Positions 61,686-64,000 of a DNA stretch of 64,000 nucleotides are shown piece by piece; position 1 is the stretch's first letter; each line of letters starts with the position of its first letter. Below the pieces are notes generated by a model. That model saw only the letters and a list, made by a program, of their open reading frames with translations. It did not search any database and had not been told where the DNA came from. The DNA comes from the human T2T-CHM13v2.0 reference genome, Homo sapiens. The stretch lies in NCBI RefSeq assembly GCF_009914755.1, contig NC_060926.1; one strand, given 5' to 3'. The position numbers and the translations under genes are program-made.

Positions 61686-62534
61686 TAGGTGACTCCAGCA
61701 TCCACAGCGCATGACCACCACCAGTGGTCTTAGGTTGTGATTCTCATTTACTGGACCCAACAGGCCATAACCTAGCACTAGATTCACTTAGCTTTTCAGA
61801 AGGATATGGGATGGGATAACAGTCCCATATAAATGGAAGTCCTTAAAGCCATTCAGGTGCAACTTCTAAAATCCTACTGCAAGGAGCACCCTCATTTGTA
61901 AGGGATAAGACCTTGTGAGTATGTGTGGCCACCCTAGGATAGAGAAATTCAGTGAAGAACAGGAACCATTTATTTCTTTTTACAGCCGGTAGAGTTAGCT
62001 TCCACATACCCCTAATGGGTGCAGTGGCTCATGCCTGTAATCCCAGCTACTCTGGAAAGTGAAGTGGACAGTGAGCTATAATTATGCCACCGCACTCTAG
62101 CCTGTGCGACAGGGCAAGACCCTATCTCTAAAAAACAAGCAAACAATCCCCCACCCCCACACCCCGGGACCCCTAAGGAACATGATCTATTACAAGAGAT
62201 GCACTGCACAGGAAAGCCAATGCACATGTTTTCCAAAAGGCTTTCCACTCATAGTTCTCCTAATCCAAATGTAGTTATCAGCAATAAGTAATATTGCCTG
62301 GTCACACAGTGGACATTCCACGTGTCTTAATAGGTTTTTATCATCGTGGTGCTGGGAAAAGGTAAACCAAGGGTACCTTTCTATGCAGAAAGACTTAGAA
62401 CTATTGTTAACTCCTTTTTCCCAGAGATAATATTTTCCACAGTATTTATTAATAATTAATAAATAATTTTTTTAGCAGTGCAGTATGTTCTAAATGTTCA
62501 TATTTTGCAAAAGCCATAATGCAGCTGAAATAGT

Positions 62535-63206
<672 letters not shown>

Positions 63207-63299
63207 TCAAGCTGTGAAGACTTCTAAGCCCCTGAATTGAAATTTTTCAATAACTTTTTCTAAACTGGGGACAGAAATTTATTCTTCAAAAATACATGT

Positions 63300-63440
63300 G
63301 GCCAGGTGCAGTGGCTTATGCCTGTAATCCCAGCACTTTGTGAGGCCAAGGTGGGAGGATCTCCTGAGCCCCAGAAGTTTGAGACCAGACTGGGCAACAT
63401 AGGGAGACCCTGTCTCTATAAAAATAAAAATAAAAATACA
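63300..63440 (+). mobile_element. FLAM Alu monomer
   Basis: Single left arm; TSD aaaaatacatgtg. Confidence 0.8.
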
Positions 63441-63621
63441 TGTGTCTATTTTTTGAATGTATTCATTTATTGTATATGTTTAGAGGTGTGCAACATAATG
63501 TTTTGATATACCTATCAGTAGTGAGGTATACACTCACTGTTGAATGATGCTGACCTCTCATGTCAGTTTGGTCTAGTGGTAGACTACATAGTATAATATA
63601 ATCTTAAACTTTTCCCCCTAG

Positions 63622-63686
63622 GTAAGTGATGTTAATGATGATGTCAGGAGGGCAGCAGTAGAATCACTTGGGTTCATTCTATTCAG
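63622..63686 (+). CDS. PSMD1: PSMD1 exon 16 (VSDVNDDVRRAAVESLGFILF); gene continues past the window
   Basis: ttcccctag|GTAAGT... CAG|gtaata; 65 nt; cumulative CDS 1883 nt, in frame. Confidence 0.93.
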
Positions 63687-64000
63687 GTAATAACTTCAAA
63701 CTTCTTATTCTATTTATATTTCATTTTTTTTGGAAATGTAGTAGTCACTACCGAAACTACCAAACAGTTTAGTCACTAAACAAAAACTAAATACCTGAGG
63801 AGTATATCTGGGTTCAGAGTGAGGACCATTTAATAGCGAGATTAGTACTGTTCATCTGAAAAAGAACAAAGCATATCATGGGATTCTGAGAACCTCTTTT
63901 AGAAGTAGTTATTTCTGTTCATTTTTTGGTAGCATTCTGCTTATTCATTTAACTTTTTAAATCCAAATAACACATCCAGTACTCCTCTTCTTGTATATTG

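Noticed and set aside
63687-64000. Nested antisense gene HTR2B
   Set aside because: Recalled to lie further inside PSMD1; no GPCR coding sequence is visible in this window.

Overview
Human (primate) genomic DNA, recognised as the C2orf72-PSMD1 locus (2q37.1 from recollection). It is Alu-dense, with old L1, L2, MIR, LTR and DNA-transposon fossils. Two protein-coding genes lie on the + strand. C2orf72 is complete: 3 coding exons (14073-14706, 17804-17917, 23388-23527) giving 295 aa, with a CpG-island promoter. PSMD1 (26S proteasome subunit Rpn2) is partial: coding exons 1-16 (33532-63686), all GT-AG and phase-consistent, and it continues beyond the window. No prokaryote-type systems, tRNA, rRNA or CRISPR arrays were seen, and most tracked ORFs are Alu or GC-content artefacts. 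Best leads: (1) PSMD1 exon 16 starts with GTAAGT, so joining exon 15 to 16 regenerates exon 15's own donor (GCT|GTAAGT), a candidate recursive-splicing exon whose loss would frameshift. (2) C2orf72 reads like a Ras-fold protein lacking G motifs (pseudo-GTPase hypothesis). (3) A full-length MER85 piggyBac element with an intact CSB-PGBD3 palindrome lies upstream of C2orf72. (4) A perfect 19-bp hairpin is fused to a perfect 30-bp duplication. (5) A ~116-bp non-repeat segment is duplicated on either side of the C2orf72 poly(A) signal. (6) ARE and CTCF motifs cluster at the PSMD1 promoter. All functional interpretations are hypotheses, and repeat boundaries and subfamilies are by eye.
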